Source: Callorhinchus milii (Eukaryota). From it: 64,000 bases of DNA. The DNA is taken from contig NW_024704742.1 of NCBI RefSeq assembly GCF_018977255.1, forward strand, positions 9,240,001 to 9,304,000, written 5' to 3'. The notes beneath the pieces were generated by a model, which searched no databases, was not told where the DNA came from, and saw only the letters and a program-made list of their open reading frames with translations. Made by a program: the position numbers and the translations under genes. Positions 25,093 to 38,284 of the stretch are shown here, piece after piece. Within the stretch, counting starts at the first letter, position 1; each line of letters opens with the position of its first letter.

Positions 25093-25301
25093 TCAGTATT
25101 ATTGAAGACCCTAGTGTTTTTCACTTGGTTTACACAATCCACATTTAGACCTCACTGTTCCTTGCACCATTTCTATCTGCACATAGCAAGGGACATGACA
25201 CACTGATCGAAAGTGTTGGCAGGTTCATCCACTTTCTGAAATCTGAGGAGGAAGCATTAACCACCCAGCAATGGTTCCATGTCATCGATAAATTAAAAAA
25301 T

Positions 25302-25600
25302 CAACAATAACAACAACTTGCACTTATATAGTGGTTTTCATGCAGTCTCTCGGAACATTTAACAGCGGCGGAGTCCGATGCCGAGCCAGGGGGAGGGGGA
25401 AGACGACTGTAGGCACGGTTGAAGAGGAAGGTCTTCAAGCGCAAACTGAAAATGGGGAGAGAGGGAGCAAAGCGAAGGGATTGAGGGAGAGAATTCCACA
25501 GCTTCGGGGCGTAGTGGCTGAAAGCACGGCTGCCGATTGTGGGGTGGAGAGTCCGGGGGACGAGGAGACTGGAGTCAGTCGAGCAGAGGCAGTGGGACAG
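25302..25600 (-). mobile_element. L2 3' fragment, second family
   Basis: PTIGSRAFSHYAPKLWNSLP..LKTFLFNRAY; tail TATATAAGTGCAAGTTGTTG. Confidence 0.85.
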
Positions 25601-25844
25601 GTATCTACAATGAGGTATTGCTTCAGTCAAAATATCTAGTGGCCTCATCAATCCCAAGACTTTTGTGTACAGATGGTTTGTGACACACAGATCTTAGCCT
25701 GTGGATGAGTGCAAAGAACCCAGGTAGAAAATGAATAATTGAGCTAATGCCTTGGCCGTCTGAGGTTTCAGAAGGCGGCTGTTGGAAAGCATTGGAATCG
25801 GGATTGTGAACACAAGTTCACATATATCCAGGGTTTAATCATCA

Positions 25845-26238
25845 TAATAATGATAATAATAATCCTTGCATTTATTATTGTGCCTTATCACATGGGGAGA
25901 ACATCTCAAAGCGCTTCACAGGAATCACTGTGAAATCGGCTGATTGTAGGCAAATGCGGAAACACAATTGCTCAGAGCAATGTCCCACAACAGTCAAGAA
26001 ATGAGGGACCAATTTTATTATGGGGATTGTTGGCCAGGACACTGGGAAAAACTCCTTCTCTTTTCGAATAGTGCCATGGGATCTTTAACATCCACCTCAA
26101 CAGGCAGCCGGGACCTCAGTTTACATCTTATCTGAAGGACAGCACCTCCGACAATGGATTTGTCCCGACATGGGATTTGAACCGTCAACTTTTTGATTCA
26201 GAGGTGAAAGCGTTACCACTGAGTCATGCTGACACACT
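25845..26238 (-). mobile_element. Deu-SINE (SacSINE1-like)
   Basis: Tail, Deu block and tRNA-like head. Confidence 0.8.
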
Positions 26239-26524
26239 TGGTATCCATCTTGAATGGTTGCTGAGAGAAAAGCAGCTGCTGCTCAAGTTCAACACCTCCA
26301 ACTGGTGGAATCGTCCCTCAATGGGTCGAGATGTGTGTTAGAGCTGTGGGCAAGAGGATGGTAGGACTGTCCCCATGCATTTCATGTGGGGTGTATTTCC
26401 CACTCCGAAGCTTGAAGAGAATTATTAGTTCCTTCTAGCAATCCTAGTGAGGGCTCAAACCTGCGCATTTTAGACCAAGGAAATTAAAATTAAAATTTTA
26501 CGTTATACATGTGTTAATAATATA

Positions 26525-26873
26525 GGAGTCCTATGGCTTAGTGGTTAGAGCACTTGCCTTGCATGCGAGAGACCTGGGTTCGAAACCTTGGGTAAGTTTC
26601 CTTACTCCACACGCCTCTGTTTACCTAGAAGTAAATAGGAAACCAGTTGTTAGTCGATTGGCGGATCGCTTTTCCAGGGGTAACAATTCTTTTTTAAAAA
26701 AATAATAGGTCACTCAATCCACGACTGTTTGTGGGATTCTACTGTGTGCAATTGGCTACTGCATTTCGCCCACAAGATATACAGTCAAGTCACTTTACAG
26801 TATATTCTGTGATGCTTTTTGAGATGTCTCAAAGACGCGATAAGGCGCTATATCAAATGCAAGGATTATTATT
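26525..26873 (+). mobile_element. tRNA-CORE-Deu SINE
   Basis: All modules present. Confidence 0.9.
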
Positions 26874-27691
26874 AATTATATATACATATAGATATACGTG
26901 TGCTATACAGTAAGTCTAGATCCAGGTGGAATTTCTACCCAGAGGAGTTCCACTAACATGACTGTGGCTGTTTGCGGGGCACTGCTGTGCACAGATTAAC
27001 TGGCATGTTCACACACAAAATACACACGTAATAAGGCTTTATATCAAATACAAGCAATATCATTATTATTATTATATCCTATTCTTTGAAACGCACTCCC
27101 GGCATGAAAGGCGCTATATCAAATGTAAGGTTTATTATTATTATTATTATTATTACTATTATTATTATCAACATGATTTGGGAAGAGATGTCAAGACAAT
27201 AAATAGCATTCCCAGCTTCTTATTTGGTTTCTTATCAAAACGGTTGTGTTTTCTTGTCACCTCTAAACCTTTTCCTGTGTTTTGTCAAGAGTTTAATGCA
27301 GTGACAAACAGTGTGAACATTACAATTCTGGCACCATTCTGTTCAGTTGCAAATAGTGTTTGTTTTCTGCTTCAGTGTTAGTTATTATTCACTTGCAATA
27401 AAACATTAGTCAAGTCTGAAAGACTCATAACACCTAGAAATCAGTATGAAAGTTCACAAATTGAATTTTCAACTGTGTTACTAAAATGGATTATAGGTTT
27501 ATATGTAGTGTTTCAGTATAAATAAACTTTGAATGATAAATGCTTAACATTTAAGGTAGCGCCACAATTGCTGTTCATCCTGCCTAGCTATGGGACAGAT
27601 ATAACTGGAAAGCTGTCATGTCTAACACTCCAACCGGGAATAGTTTAGGAAAGTACCAGAGCAATTCAAATAGCTTGAGATAGCGATAACT

Positions 27692-28320
27692 ATAATAATA
27701 ATAATTCTTGCTTTTGATTTTGCGTCTTATCACACTGTTGACATGTTCCAGAGTGCTTCACAGAATATACTATAAAGTGAATTGACTGTATATTTTGTGG
27801 GCAAAATACAACAGTGAATTGTGCACATCAGTGTCCCACAAACAATCATGGATTGAATGACCAATTTTCTTTTTTGAGAGAGATTATTATCCCTGAAAAG
27901 CAATCCGCCTTCTATTTGTCCCCTCTGTTACACCATCGGATGTGCCTTCAGCCACTATGTGCCGAAACTCTGGAACTCTCTCCCTCAATCCCTCTGCCTT
28001 AACCCCTTCCTCCCCACCTTCAAATTATGATAAAGACCTGCCTTTTTGATTGTGCTCATGGTCACCTTACCCTCCCTCTCTCCCTGGCTTGCTGTTGGAC
28101 TCCGCCACTATGAAGCTCTTCGGGACGCTACTCCACATGAAGGACGCTATATAAATGCAAGTTGCTATTGTTGTTATAACTGGGTTCCTACTTACTGCTA
28201 GATAAACAGAGACATGTGGAGTAAGGAACCTTGTCTAAGGTTTTGCCCCACCCGGGAATCAAACCCAGGTCCTCTCACTTGTGGGGCGAGTGCACAAACC
28301 ACTTCACTTATAGAACTCCA
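27692..28320 (-). mobile_element. tRNA-CORE-Deu SINE interrupted by an L2 fragment (about 27910-28176, plus strand)
   Basis: The SINE halves are collinear around the L2 tail. Confidence 0.85.
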
Positions 28321-28505
28321 ATAGTAGCCCTTACATGTTCGATATCATGTTTTTCATGCCTCAAAGCACTTTACATGATTTACTGTGACTGTATTTTGTA
28401 GGCAAACACACGGTCACCAAAAAGCATGGCAACTACCCTATTATCTAAAAATATATGTCATAATTTCTTTAAGACCTATAATAATAAGAGGAATAAGAAT
28501 AAGAT

Positions 28506-28577
28506 TGTTGAAACATCTTATTAGACGTTATAATAGTATGGTATGTTGAAACATCTTATTAGACGTTGTAATAGTAT
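28506..28577. repeat. Tandem duplication, period 38
   Basis: TGTTGAAACATCTTATTAGACGTT(A/G)TAATAGTAT twice. Confidence 0.95.
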
Positions 28578-29574
28578 CACAACTTTTTGGTCATGCTGTA
28601 TAAAAACAGAGTATACCACTGTTTAAAATGACTTCAATACTATCCTCTGTATCCCCAGTCTTCCCAGCATTCTGGTCTTGTATTCTCCAGTCTGCCCCCG
28701 TTGCCTATCAGAACCTAACCTTCTCTGATGATAACAATAATAATAATCCTTGCATTTGATATAGCGCCTTATCACATCCTTGAGAAGTCTCAAAGCACTT
28801 CATAGAATACACTGCAAAGTGGATTAACTATTTCTTTGACCTCGTCTGTTAAGCATAGAAATTACAGCACAGAGAAAGACCATTTGGACCATCAAGCTTA
28901 TGCTGGTTCCGTCTTTCCTCAATTGGAACTGTAATCCTAGTGACTCACACTTTCTCTATCATTGTATATTGTTGCTATCTGCTCATGGCATCTTGTTAGC
29001 ATCTAACACTGTGTGTAAATGTGCATCAATATATTTATATATGTGTGTGTGTGTGCATGGATATACATATACACACACACTCCCCATTATCAAACAGCAG
29101 CACTGTGTACCTCAGCAAGCAATCTGATTTATCTAGTCTTCAGTACATTGCAGAAGGTGTTTTTATCATGGCAGGCAATAACGTCTGCTCTGCATCAGTC
29201 AGCCTGCTCTCCGTAAGGATGAGCACATCAGGTAGCGAGTAACAACCTATGCGGAGCCCAGAGGGGCTTTCCTTTTGGTTAAGTCCCATGGCATAATTGG
29301 GGATTCCCTCCACAGCCTGTTTTAGAGGTTTTGGCAACATCTCATTAAAAGGCTGAAGCTGCAGCCAGTACATTCCCTATTTCCCAACAGAGGAATTTCG
29401 TTTTAAAAGTATAAGCCAACTAAAAAATACACTTGGGACAAAGAATATGTGAATACTTATTTTAATCAGCACTGTGTGTTCTTGCCGCTGATGGCGCCTT
29501 TGAATTTAAATCCTGAGTCACATCCGGTCCCTCACCCAGACCACCTTCCCTTCTTCACCTCTGTCTCTGCCACA

Positions 29575-29975
29575 TTGCTTGCCTCCAACCCTATCTCACA
29601 TCCAATGTCACTGAAACACTGACTCACACTGTTGTCTGTATTAACCTGTCCTCTTCCTCCGCTCAGCAGGCTCCGGCCTGCTCCATGTCCCCTGCCCGGC
29701 CAACCCCACCATCGGTAGTCAGGCCTTCAGCTTCTCTGCCTTCACCCTTTGGAACCCCACCCCATAGTCTCTCTGCCTTGTTCCCTACTTGCCTCCTTCA
29801 AGGCAAGTTTAAAGACCTTCCTTTTGGACCGCAGTCGGTCACTCTCCTACCCCTACTCACCCTGTCCTCCACCTCTCCTGATTCCAGCCACCAGCTTGGG
29901 TCCAAGTCCCTGACAATCCAGCACCTTGGGACATCCTCCTGATGTGAAGGGAGCTATACAAATGTAATTTGTTGT
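29575..29975 (+). mobile_element. L2 3' fragment with internal deletion
   Basis: Similar to the L2 C-terminus and tail. Confidence 0.8.
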
Positions 29976-29984
29976 TTTTTTTTG

Positions 29985-30188
29985 TAATAATCCCTTTATA
30001 AATTAAAACAAACTTGGTTACACAATCCACGACTGTTTGTGGGACACTGCTGTGTGCGATTGGCTGGTGCATTTTGCCCTCAAAATATACAGTCAATTCA
30101 CTTTACAGTGTATCTTGTGAAGTGCTTTAAGATGTCTCGAAGACGTGATAAGGCGCTAAATCAAATGCAAGGATTATTATTATTATTA
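29985..30188 (+). mobile_element. SINE 3' half
   Basis: Deu block and tail. Confidence 0.85.
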
Positions 30189-30719
30189 TCCCACTGCTCT
30201 CTGAGATGTTATCATGTTTGATGGGTTTATTCAGTTGCAAGTTGGCGTTTTACCTCTCTCCTGTGCTCGCCTGCTCTGCTCAGTTAACGCAGGCTTGCTG
30301 GGCATCTCCTGCCCTCTGCGCGCCACCATCAGTGACCAAGCTTTCCTCCTAATGCATGTAAATCCCTTCCACTACCATTCTGTCTCACTCCCTCTATCCA
30401 TCTTTAAGTCTCACCTCAAATCTATTTCTTCAAACCGCCTCCACCTGCCCCCTTTCCCTCTCCTTTGCTGAGTATCCAACCCCATCCTGTACAGCCTCCA
30501 TTGCATTACCCTATATATATATAATTGCAAGTTGTTGTAATTGTTCTCTTCCCCACAGGCAACCCTCCATCCTTTGGCACCGATGGCAGCTTTTGCGATG
30601 AAGTTACTATGCATCATTTCTTATGCTGGTGCTGATGGTGGCTGTACTGGTGCGGAGCCAGTTTGAGCTCTCTTGTTAATATCTTGTGTTGGTGGAAGGA
30701 GTTTGGAATATGAGCAAAG

Positions 30720-31080
30720 TAAGGTTAGACAAGCTAGGGTTCTTCATTCTTGAAAAGAGATATTCTTAGAGGGTTTCTTATAGAGGTACATAAGATTTTA
30801 AATGGGATTGAAGAAGTAAACTTAAAACAATACTTTCATGTGCACCAAGACAGTGCAAAGCACAGGTTTAGAGTTTCAAAGGGCAGGGTTCTAAGCAAGA
30901 ACAGGAAATATTCTATATCCCCAAAGTAATTAATGCCTGGAACATATTACCAAAAAGGATAATTGAGGCTAGGACTAAAGTCTGATTTTTTTAAAATAAA
31001 GCTTGGTGCTGTGTTGGGAGGCTGTGTATTTTGGAAGGATGAGATCAGATGGGCCGAATGGCATTTTTATTTGAACCTCT
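30720..31080 (+). mobile_element. CR1 3' fragment
   Basis: RLDKLGFFILEKR..LIEVHKILNG..VINAWNILP. Confidence 0.75.
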
Positions 31081-31797
31081 CTGTTAATATTTTACAAGCC
31101 TGGTTTATTGTCCAGTAGTTGGGAGGGCACAATAATGACTTAATTGGCACAATCATTTAATTGGCATATTTCCAAGCACATAATTAAAATGTATTGTGCA
31201 TTGTGTTGGCATTTTGCCCTTAAGCTTACAGAATTTCTGCTTTCAACCACAAAACATGTATAGCCACAGAAGAGGAACTGTGCTTCGAAGCAATTTCAGT
31301 AAATCACAATATCCTACAAACAACAAAATAAGCAGCCAAATCATGTAGCACCTTTCATGTAAAAGAAACATCTTGAAATGTTTCATAGAATGAGATGAAA
31401 ATATGTGATTTAGGCCAATTATGGTCAATAATGATGTGTTGAGAGGAAAAAACAGCAGAAATGAATGTAAGATTTAGGAAGGTCATTAAGTTATGAATGG
31501 AAGCTTGCAGAGCTGAACACGATTTGCTGCTGAAATTAAGATGGAAAGGGATACGTGATCATTTAATTTGTTTTTGATGCAGAACCTTTTGCATTGATGC
31601 GACAGTCTAGGTAAATGAATTGAAATGAACAAATTGTGTTCAATACAGGCAAATGCAATGTCTGATTGTCTGAAGATTACATTGAATAGAGCGTTTTACA
31701 TTGATTTACATCAGTACAGTATAAATGCACGATCTTTGCTCAGAAATAATCCATTAAAGTCCAATGGAACATTTTAAGGGATCATTTTCTGTGATGA

Positions 31798-32176
31798 TAA
31801 TATTAATAATCTTTGCATTTGATATAATGCCTTGTCACATCTTCGAGACGTCTCAAAGCGCTTCACAGATTATAGTGTAAGCGAATTGACTGTATATTTC
31901 TGGGTGAATCGCGTCAGTCAATTATTGGGCACATCAGTGTCCCATAAACGGTCATGCATTGATTGACCAAGTTTGTTTGTTTGTTTGTTTATTTATTTAC
32001 TTTTGAGAAGATTATTAGCTTCAAAAAAGCGATCTGTCAATCATCTAACAACCGGATGCCTAGTTACTGTTAGGTAAAATGAAGTGGCTGGAGTAAGGCA
32101 ACTTGGCCCACATTTCGCCCTGCCGGGAATCAAACCCAGGTCCTCTCGCCTGCGAGATGAGTGCTTTAACCACTAA
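31798..32176 (-). mobile_element. tRNA-CORE-Deu SINE
   Basis: All modules present. Confidence 0.85.
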
Positions 32177-32211
32177 GTGGTGGTGCAACTGGTACAGTAA
32201 ATAGCCATCCT

Positions 32212-32358
32212 TCGTGATGCATCCCACCAGGGAGGGAGAGCGCATTCCATTCCATCAATCTATGTCTGGGATTTCCATGCATAGGTGGGATGCATGGAAA
32301 TGTCAACTTGGTTTGGATACTCCTAAGCACAGTGATGAGTTTCCGCACGTAGCTGACC
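32212..32358. repeat. Unclassified repeat copy with a perfect 12-bp hairpin
   Basis: ATTTCCATGCAT-AGGTGGG-ATGCATGGAAAT at 32271-32301. Confidence 0.75.
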
Positions 32359-34113
32359 AAAAAAAATAAATTAATTGCGAGAGAGAGAGAAAGAGAGAGA
32401 TAACAACACAGACGTAATGGAGACCCCAAAGGGTTTGGGACATTACACAAAATTTTGTTTTGCCCTCCCCATCTCACCCCCCAACATTGAAGGCTATTTC
32501 TGCTCCAAATAGTGTTAGCGCTGAAGCTATTATGGATTCGTTTCCATCATTATAAACGGAGCATTGGTTGCAGAGTATTGCTGTTACCGTGGATGTACTG
32601 GGAGTGCAGAGCTAGAAGGCACAGATTTGAAATGAACAAATCTCAAGCAAGATGACACGAGTGATGTAAAGTTGTTTCTTTCCACAGGGAAGAGAATATT
32701 TTATATAAAATCTCAGAATTCACAATGTCTCAGCATTTCATACAGGCAGAACTCCTGAGAGTAGATGTGATTAGCTTGTGACCTTTGGTATAAAACTCCC
32801 ACTGCTCATTTTTTGGTGGCAGAAGGCATGGTCGAAGAGAATGGTCTTTAGACGGGACTTGACATCAGAGCACAATGCAAATGGAAAATTCTTCCAGTAA
32901 CCGGGACTGTGGGAACTGTGCTCTGATGTGATTTACGTCTGGAACAGAATTCCTGCAATCATGACATAAATTCCAATGGGATTCCTTATGAAGAAATCTG
33001 CTTATTGGGAAAATACATTTCCACGTGTTACTTCCTGGTTGCTGACCTGCAATTGCATTTTCCAAACCAAACCCCATCATTGTAAAGCTCTCTGAGACCT
33101 TATCATACATGAAGGGTGCTAGACAAAAGCAAAGTTTTGTTGGCTATATTTATTCAACATGTAAACGTACACAATGAATATTTTTATAAATCCTGTTAGA
33201 GAACAAGATGATATCGCAGTCTAGTATGACATGAAAATGATCGCATTTTGATAACATTGAGATTGATAATATTATGCTTTCATCTCTGACTACTGCACAA
33301 AGCTGCCATAAACAGGTAAACCACAGCTGGACATTTGTACTTTGTGTATTGCGCTACTTATGGAACTGACAAAGAAAGATTATTTCTGCTGCTAACAAAT
33401 TTGGCAAAATGTTCTTGTTTTGTTATCTTAGTATTGAGTCAATAATTCACAGGAAGTCCACCATTTATTCACAAAAGCAACACATCGATTTTTGGTCCAA
33501 AATAGCTTCGCAAATGTATTGCATCATCGTTGCTCAAGGAAATCACATTTAGAATATTCTGTCTAATTCTGGCAAGCACTGTCCTCTGAAGCTGTTGGAG
33601 AAGGTTCAAAGATGAGAATCTTGGGACTTAATGTAATGAAGATAGAGTCACAAAACTGAACTTGTTCCTTTTTAGGGAAGCAAAAGGCAGAAAGAGGAGA
33701 GATATGATCCAATTATTTAAAATGTTGAGAAAAGAATGGTTACTGCAGGAATTGTAGCTAATGGACCTATAAATACGGTCACTACAGTCAGTTAATTGTC
33801 TAATATGATTTGAGACATTTCAATTTTATATGCCCTATATCAAAGGCATGGCTTATTTTTCTTAATTTATTACCTCCCACATTATTTGTAATAATATAAA
33901 TTATGATTAATTATTAATTATAATTATTGATTATAAATTATAATTATTAATGATAAAAATATTGCCTGCATTTGATGTAATGCCTCATTACGTCGCCAAG
34001 GCATCTCAAAGCCCTTCACAGGATCTAATGTAAAGTGGTGTGACCGTGTGTGTACTGAGGGTGAGTGATGTCCCATGAACAGCCGTGGAATTAGAGGGAG
34101 GGAGGCCAATAAT

Positions 34114-34205
34114 GACAGCTTCACCAAACAAAATAAAATCAGAGTTAAGCTGCAATCCCGACAGCTTCACCAAACAAAATAAAATCAGAGTTAAGCTGCA
34201 ATCCC
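34114..34205. repeat. Perfect 46-bp tandem duplication
   Basis: GACAGCTTCACCAAACAAAATAAAATCAGAGTTAAGCTGCAATCCC twice. Confidence 0.97.
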
Positions 34206-34319
34206 AACAACTAGTGATATAAAAGTTGAATGTAGACCTGCACAAAGGTGGCTATTAAAACCAGCATTGGGGAGTGTGGGGAGCTGCCTTTTGCACACTC
34301 TGAGAACGTATGGTGTGAT

Positions 34320-34435
34320 ATCATAGAATCATAGAAATAGAATCATAGAATCATAGAGTCATTGTACAGCACAAAAAGAGGCCATGTAACATCAATCCCA
34401 CTTCCCAGCCCTTTCCCCATAACCCTGTATATATT
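34320..34435 (-). mobile_element. CR1 3' tail with (CATAGAAT)n
   Basis: Octamer tail repeat plus a 3' UTR remnant. Confidence 0.7.
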
Positions 34436-34614
34436 CAATATATATTGAACGGATCATTAAATTAAGCCCAAGAGCAAACTATTTCACTTGGACTCTGATT
34501 GCTGAAAGAGAGCACCCACGTACAAAATCAATCAGCCTTAGGCAAGACCAGAGTGTCTCTCCAGTGAACTAATAAAGAAGACTCCCCTTAATCTCCTGAG
34601 TAAAAAAGAGTTAT

Positions 34615-34895
34615 ACAATACAAAATTACATTTGTAAAGCGCCTTTCACGTTGGGAGGGCATCCCAAGGCACTGAACAGTCAGGGATATGGACTCGAGCA
34701 GGGGGTTGGGGTCAAGAAAGGGTCGAGGGTAGGGAGGTAGGGGTAGGAGGGTGGCCGAAAGCGTGGTTGAAGAGGAGGGTCTTGAAACTTGCCTTGAAGG
34801 AGGCAAGCGAGGGAGCAAGGCGAAGGGACTGTGGAATGGAGTTCCAGAGGGTGGGGTCAGAGAAGCTGACGGTCTGACCGCTGATGGAGCGGACA
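34615..34895 (-). mobile_element. L2 3' fragment
   Basis: Hairpin tail and LWNSIP remnant. Confidence 0.85.
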
Positions 34896-35750
34896 GGTTG
34901 ATATGAGGTTAGTTGGTAAGAAAAGGGACTGAAGGTGGTAAAGGGTAAGTAGAGATTGTCAAATATTGCATGGAACCCTGTGATTCCTGAGCTGCTGGGA
35001 TGATAACAATTTCATTCTGTGGAAAGTAGCTCGTCAAGGAAGAACAAGCTATTCAATCATTCAATCAATAGATATTCTAACGTTTTGGTTGGTTAAACAG
35101 ATATTCCAAAGTTTCCCTTGATTGTTTTTAGGAGGTTTTGTAGAATCTTCACTCATGAGATTAGACAAGTCGGGGATGATCTAATATGAGACGCATTGTT
35201 TGCATAGATAATGGACTTGATGAGTCAAATGGCCTGTTTTGTTCCATGCTCTATTTTCAAAGAGATTTCAGCAAAGTGCTCGCAATCTCATTACATCTAA
35301 ACAAATTTAATGAAAATCATTCTTGCACGGGCTGTTTATTGAAGGTACAAGGCGGAACGGTGTATGACTCCGTGCACGATTCAAACTGTAATTCATTGAC
35401 GATTCAATCAATTCTGAGTTTGCAGCAAGCTACTCTATTGCTCTCTGCGTGCTATGCTTCGATTTCTATTGCCACTTAGTAATACTGAAGTGTTCTGAGA
35501 TGCTACCCAGGTGAAGAGCATCATATAAATGCAAGTTGTTGTTTTTGTTGGTATGTCAAGGACTCTGACCATAACCATTCAGATATGTTTGGATATTAAT
35601 GTTGTACTGGAAGTCTGGAGGGTTACCAAATGTAATCCCTCTTCTAGAGGGGAGAGAGGAAAAAGTTGGATAAATATAGATCAATCAGTCTAACATCTGC
35701 AGTGGGTAATCATTTGGAAGCCATAATATTATGTACAGAATTAATGATTT

Positions 35751-35787
<37 letters not shown>
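35751..35787. repeat. (AG)n microsatellite
   Basis: Seen directly in the sequence. Confidence 0.95.
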
Positions 35788-35788
<1 letters not shown>

Positions 35789-36185
35789 GCGAGGAATAGT
35801 TGATTAACGACAGTACAGATTTGTAAAAGACGCGTTTTAGCTGGATCAATGTCAGCCACGTTCTCAGCATTACCTGCTCAAACCCATATTTGTTCGCCTA
35901 CAAATACACAGTCACTACACTTACAGTCTTGACACTACAGTTTACAGTAACTATTGTTAAGTGCTTTGAGCATTAAATGATGTGATGAGGCATTATGTTA
36001 TATGTATGTTTATAATTTATGTTAGATTATAATACAACTTTCCTCCCCAGAGGGAAATCTGCCTCCCTCCAAAAGCAACTTTTAAAGTAAAGTGGTGAGT
36101 GTTCCTGGTACCAGATTCTCTAAAATTCTTCTCAAGTCAGATGTCTTACTGCCCTGGCACAAAGGAGCTGTAAATAGGAACCCGT

Positions 36186-36340
36186 AATAATAATTTGGTC
36201 ACTCAATCCATGACTGTTTGTGGGACACTGCTGTGAGCAATTGGTCGCTGCGTTTCACCCACAAATATACAGTCAATTGACTTTACAGTGAAGCGAAGAT
36301 GTGAAAAGCGCTATATCAATGCATGGATTATTATTTTATT
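36186..36340 (+). mobile_element. SINE 3' half
   Basis: Deu block and tail. Confidence 0.8.
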
Positions 36341-36729
36341 TATTATTAAATACACAATTAGAAATATAGTCTTGCACTTTCCGAAACAACAAGAAAATAA
36401 GTAGTTAGGAGACGTCTACTGCATGAAGGACTCTTACTCTGGGACACTAACCCACGTGAAAGCCTAAGCCATATAAATGCAAGTTGTTGCTGTTGTTGAC
36501 TTGGAGCAATCACGTCAGATATCCAGTCACAGGTCCCTAACTTCACCGGTGCTTTATAGCGATTTAGAGATCACAAAATGAATGTGTAATGGTGGGTGGT
36601 GGCATGCACCATATTTGCAGAGTGAGATCCAGACGCACAAGTGCTCTCTGGGGGTCCAGAGGCCATTGGCCTCCAGTTTGTCCCTCAATTTTTAAACCTT
36701 GGAGCTGCAATATATACAGTCACAAAGTC

Positions 36730-37035
36730 ACTGTGAAGTGAATTGGACTGTATATTTTGCGGCCGAAACGTGGCAGCCAATTGTGGCCAGCAGTGTCCCA
36801 CAAACAGTCGTGGATTGAGTGAACAAATTAATATTATAAGTTTTTTTGAAAGGATTATTATCCCTGGAAAAGCAATCTACTAATCGACTAACAACCAGGT
36901 TCCTACTTACTGTCAGGTAGACAAAAGGTGTGTGGAGTAAGGAAACCTGCCCAACATTTCACCCGCCCAATATTCAAACCCAGGTCATCTCGCTTCTGAG
37001 GCGAGTGCTCTAATCACTGAGCTACAGGACTCCAC
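36730..37035 (-). mobile_element. tRNA-CORE-Deu SINE lacking the tail
   Basis: Head ends at 37035. Confidence 0.88.
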
Positions 37036-38284
37036 TAGACGGGAGACAAGACACCCAAAGGATGGTACCCGAATGGTAGGCTGATCTCAGCTGGGCCAGC
37101 AGCAATGGAAAGTTTATTGAAATGTTCCAGGATAAACCATTTTTTGATAGTGCTCAAGACTTTTTTTTTAAACATTTTACTTGTCAGTATAATAATGTTG
37201 ATGAATATCGTTCATAAATCTGATGCCTGATGAAAAAAAACATCAAAGCTCTGTAAGTGGATGTTCAGCCAGCCACAGGATTCTTAGTTAAATGTTGATG
37301 TTAGTTTCTAAAATAATATGGAAAAAATATCCCAATAGGTTGAAAAGTCACAATGGGAATTGCGATGCTGCGCAGAGGGCAACTGAAAACTTCTACCATG
37401 CCTCTGGTCAACCTCGCTACCCTCCACCCCTCCTGAATCCGACCCCACCAGCTTGGGTGTACATCCTTGACTACCCAGCTCTTTGGGACGTCCTCCAGAC
37501 GTGAAAGATGCTGTGTAAATGTAATCTGTTGTTGTTGTTGTTGCCAGGTAGTTAGACACTGTGCATATTTAACATTGAAACGCAACCAAATGATTCTCCT
37601 TTGGCTGTACACAAATCTTATTGCTAGGATGAACAAAATGGAGAAAATATTGATTTGACTGTGTTTTGAAACCACTGAAAGGACAGTGAATACACTACAG
37701 CTAAAAAACTCTGTTTTTATTTTATTTTCCCCTATGCAGCCAGTCAACTTGTGCATTAATTTCAGTTTCAGATTGTGTTTCCTTTAATTAAAAGACCACA
37801 AGCTATATCCAGTTTTAATGCCATGAATCACAAATTGACTAAGTTGGCTGGTGTTAAATAAAGAAATTATTGTTAATATTTGATTTTTTTGGCCTGCAGC
37901 TGATTTTTTTTTGCCAGTAACTTCAGAAAGAAACCTTGATTTCCTTTTTTGTTTTTTTCTCCTCTCTCTTTTTCTCTCTCCCCTCTTTCTGGGTCATCAG
38001 TCAAACCTCTGGCCTTTTCTTGTAACTGACAAGAGTAATTGCAAAATTGATATTTAAGTCAATTCAGGAAGAAATGTCAGGGAATTTATACTGAGGAGAT
38101 TTGATTCCACATGACTGAGTACATGGAATTACACCAGAACATTACAGTGCAGTAACAGACCATTCGCTGGTCAATGTAGGTGTTTATACTCCACACACGT
38201 TTCCACCCTCTTTTAATCCCTCTGTTCCCTTTTCCCTTCTGTGTGGATCAAGTTTCTCTTAAATACATATAACAATATAGTATA

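Noticed and set aside
28506..28577. CRISPR-like direct repeat
   Set aside because: Only two units, a 4-nt spacer, eukaryotic context and no cas genes.
30541..30666. Strong acceptor TTCTCTTCCCCACAG
   Set aside because: All three frames stop within about 110 nt and there is no convincing donor.
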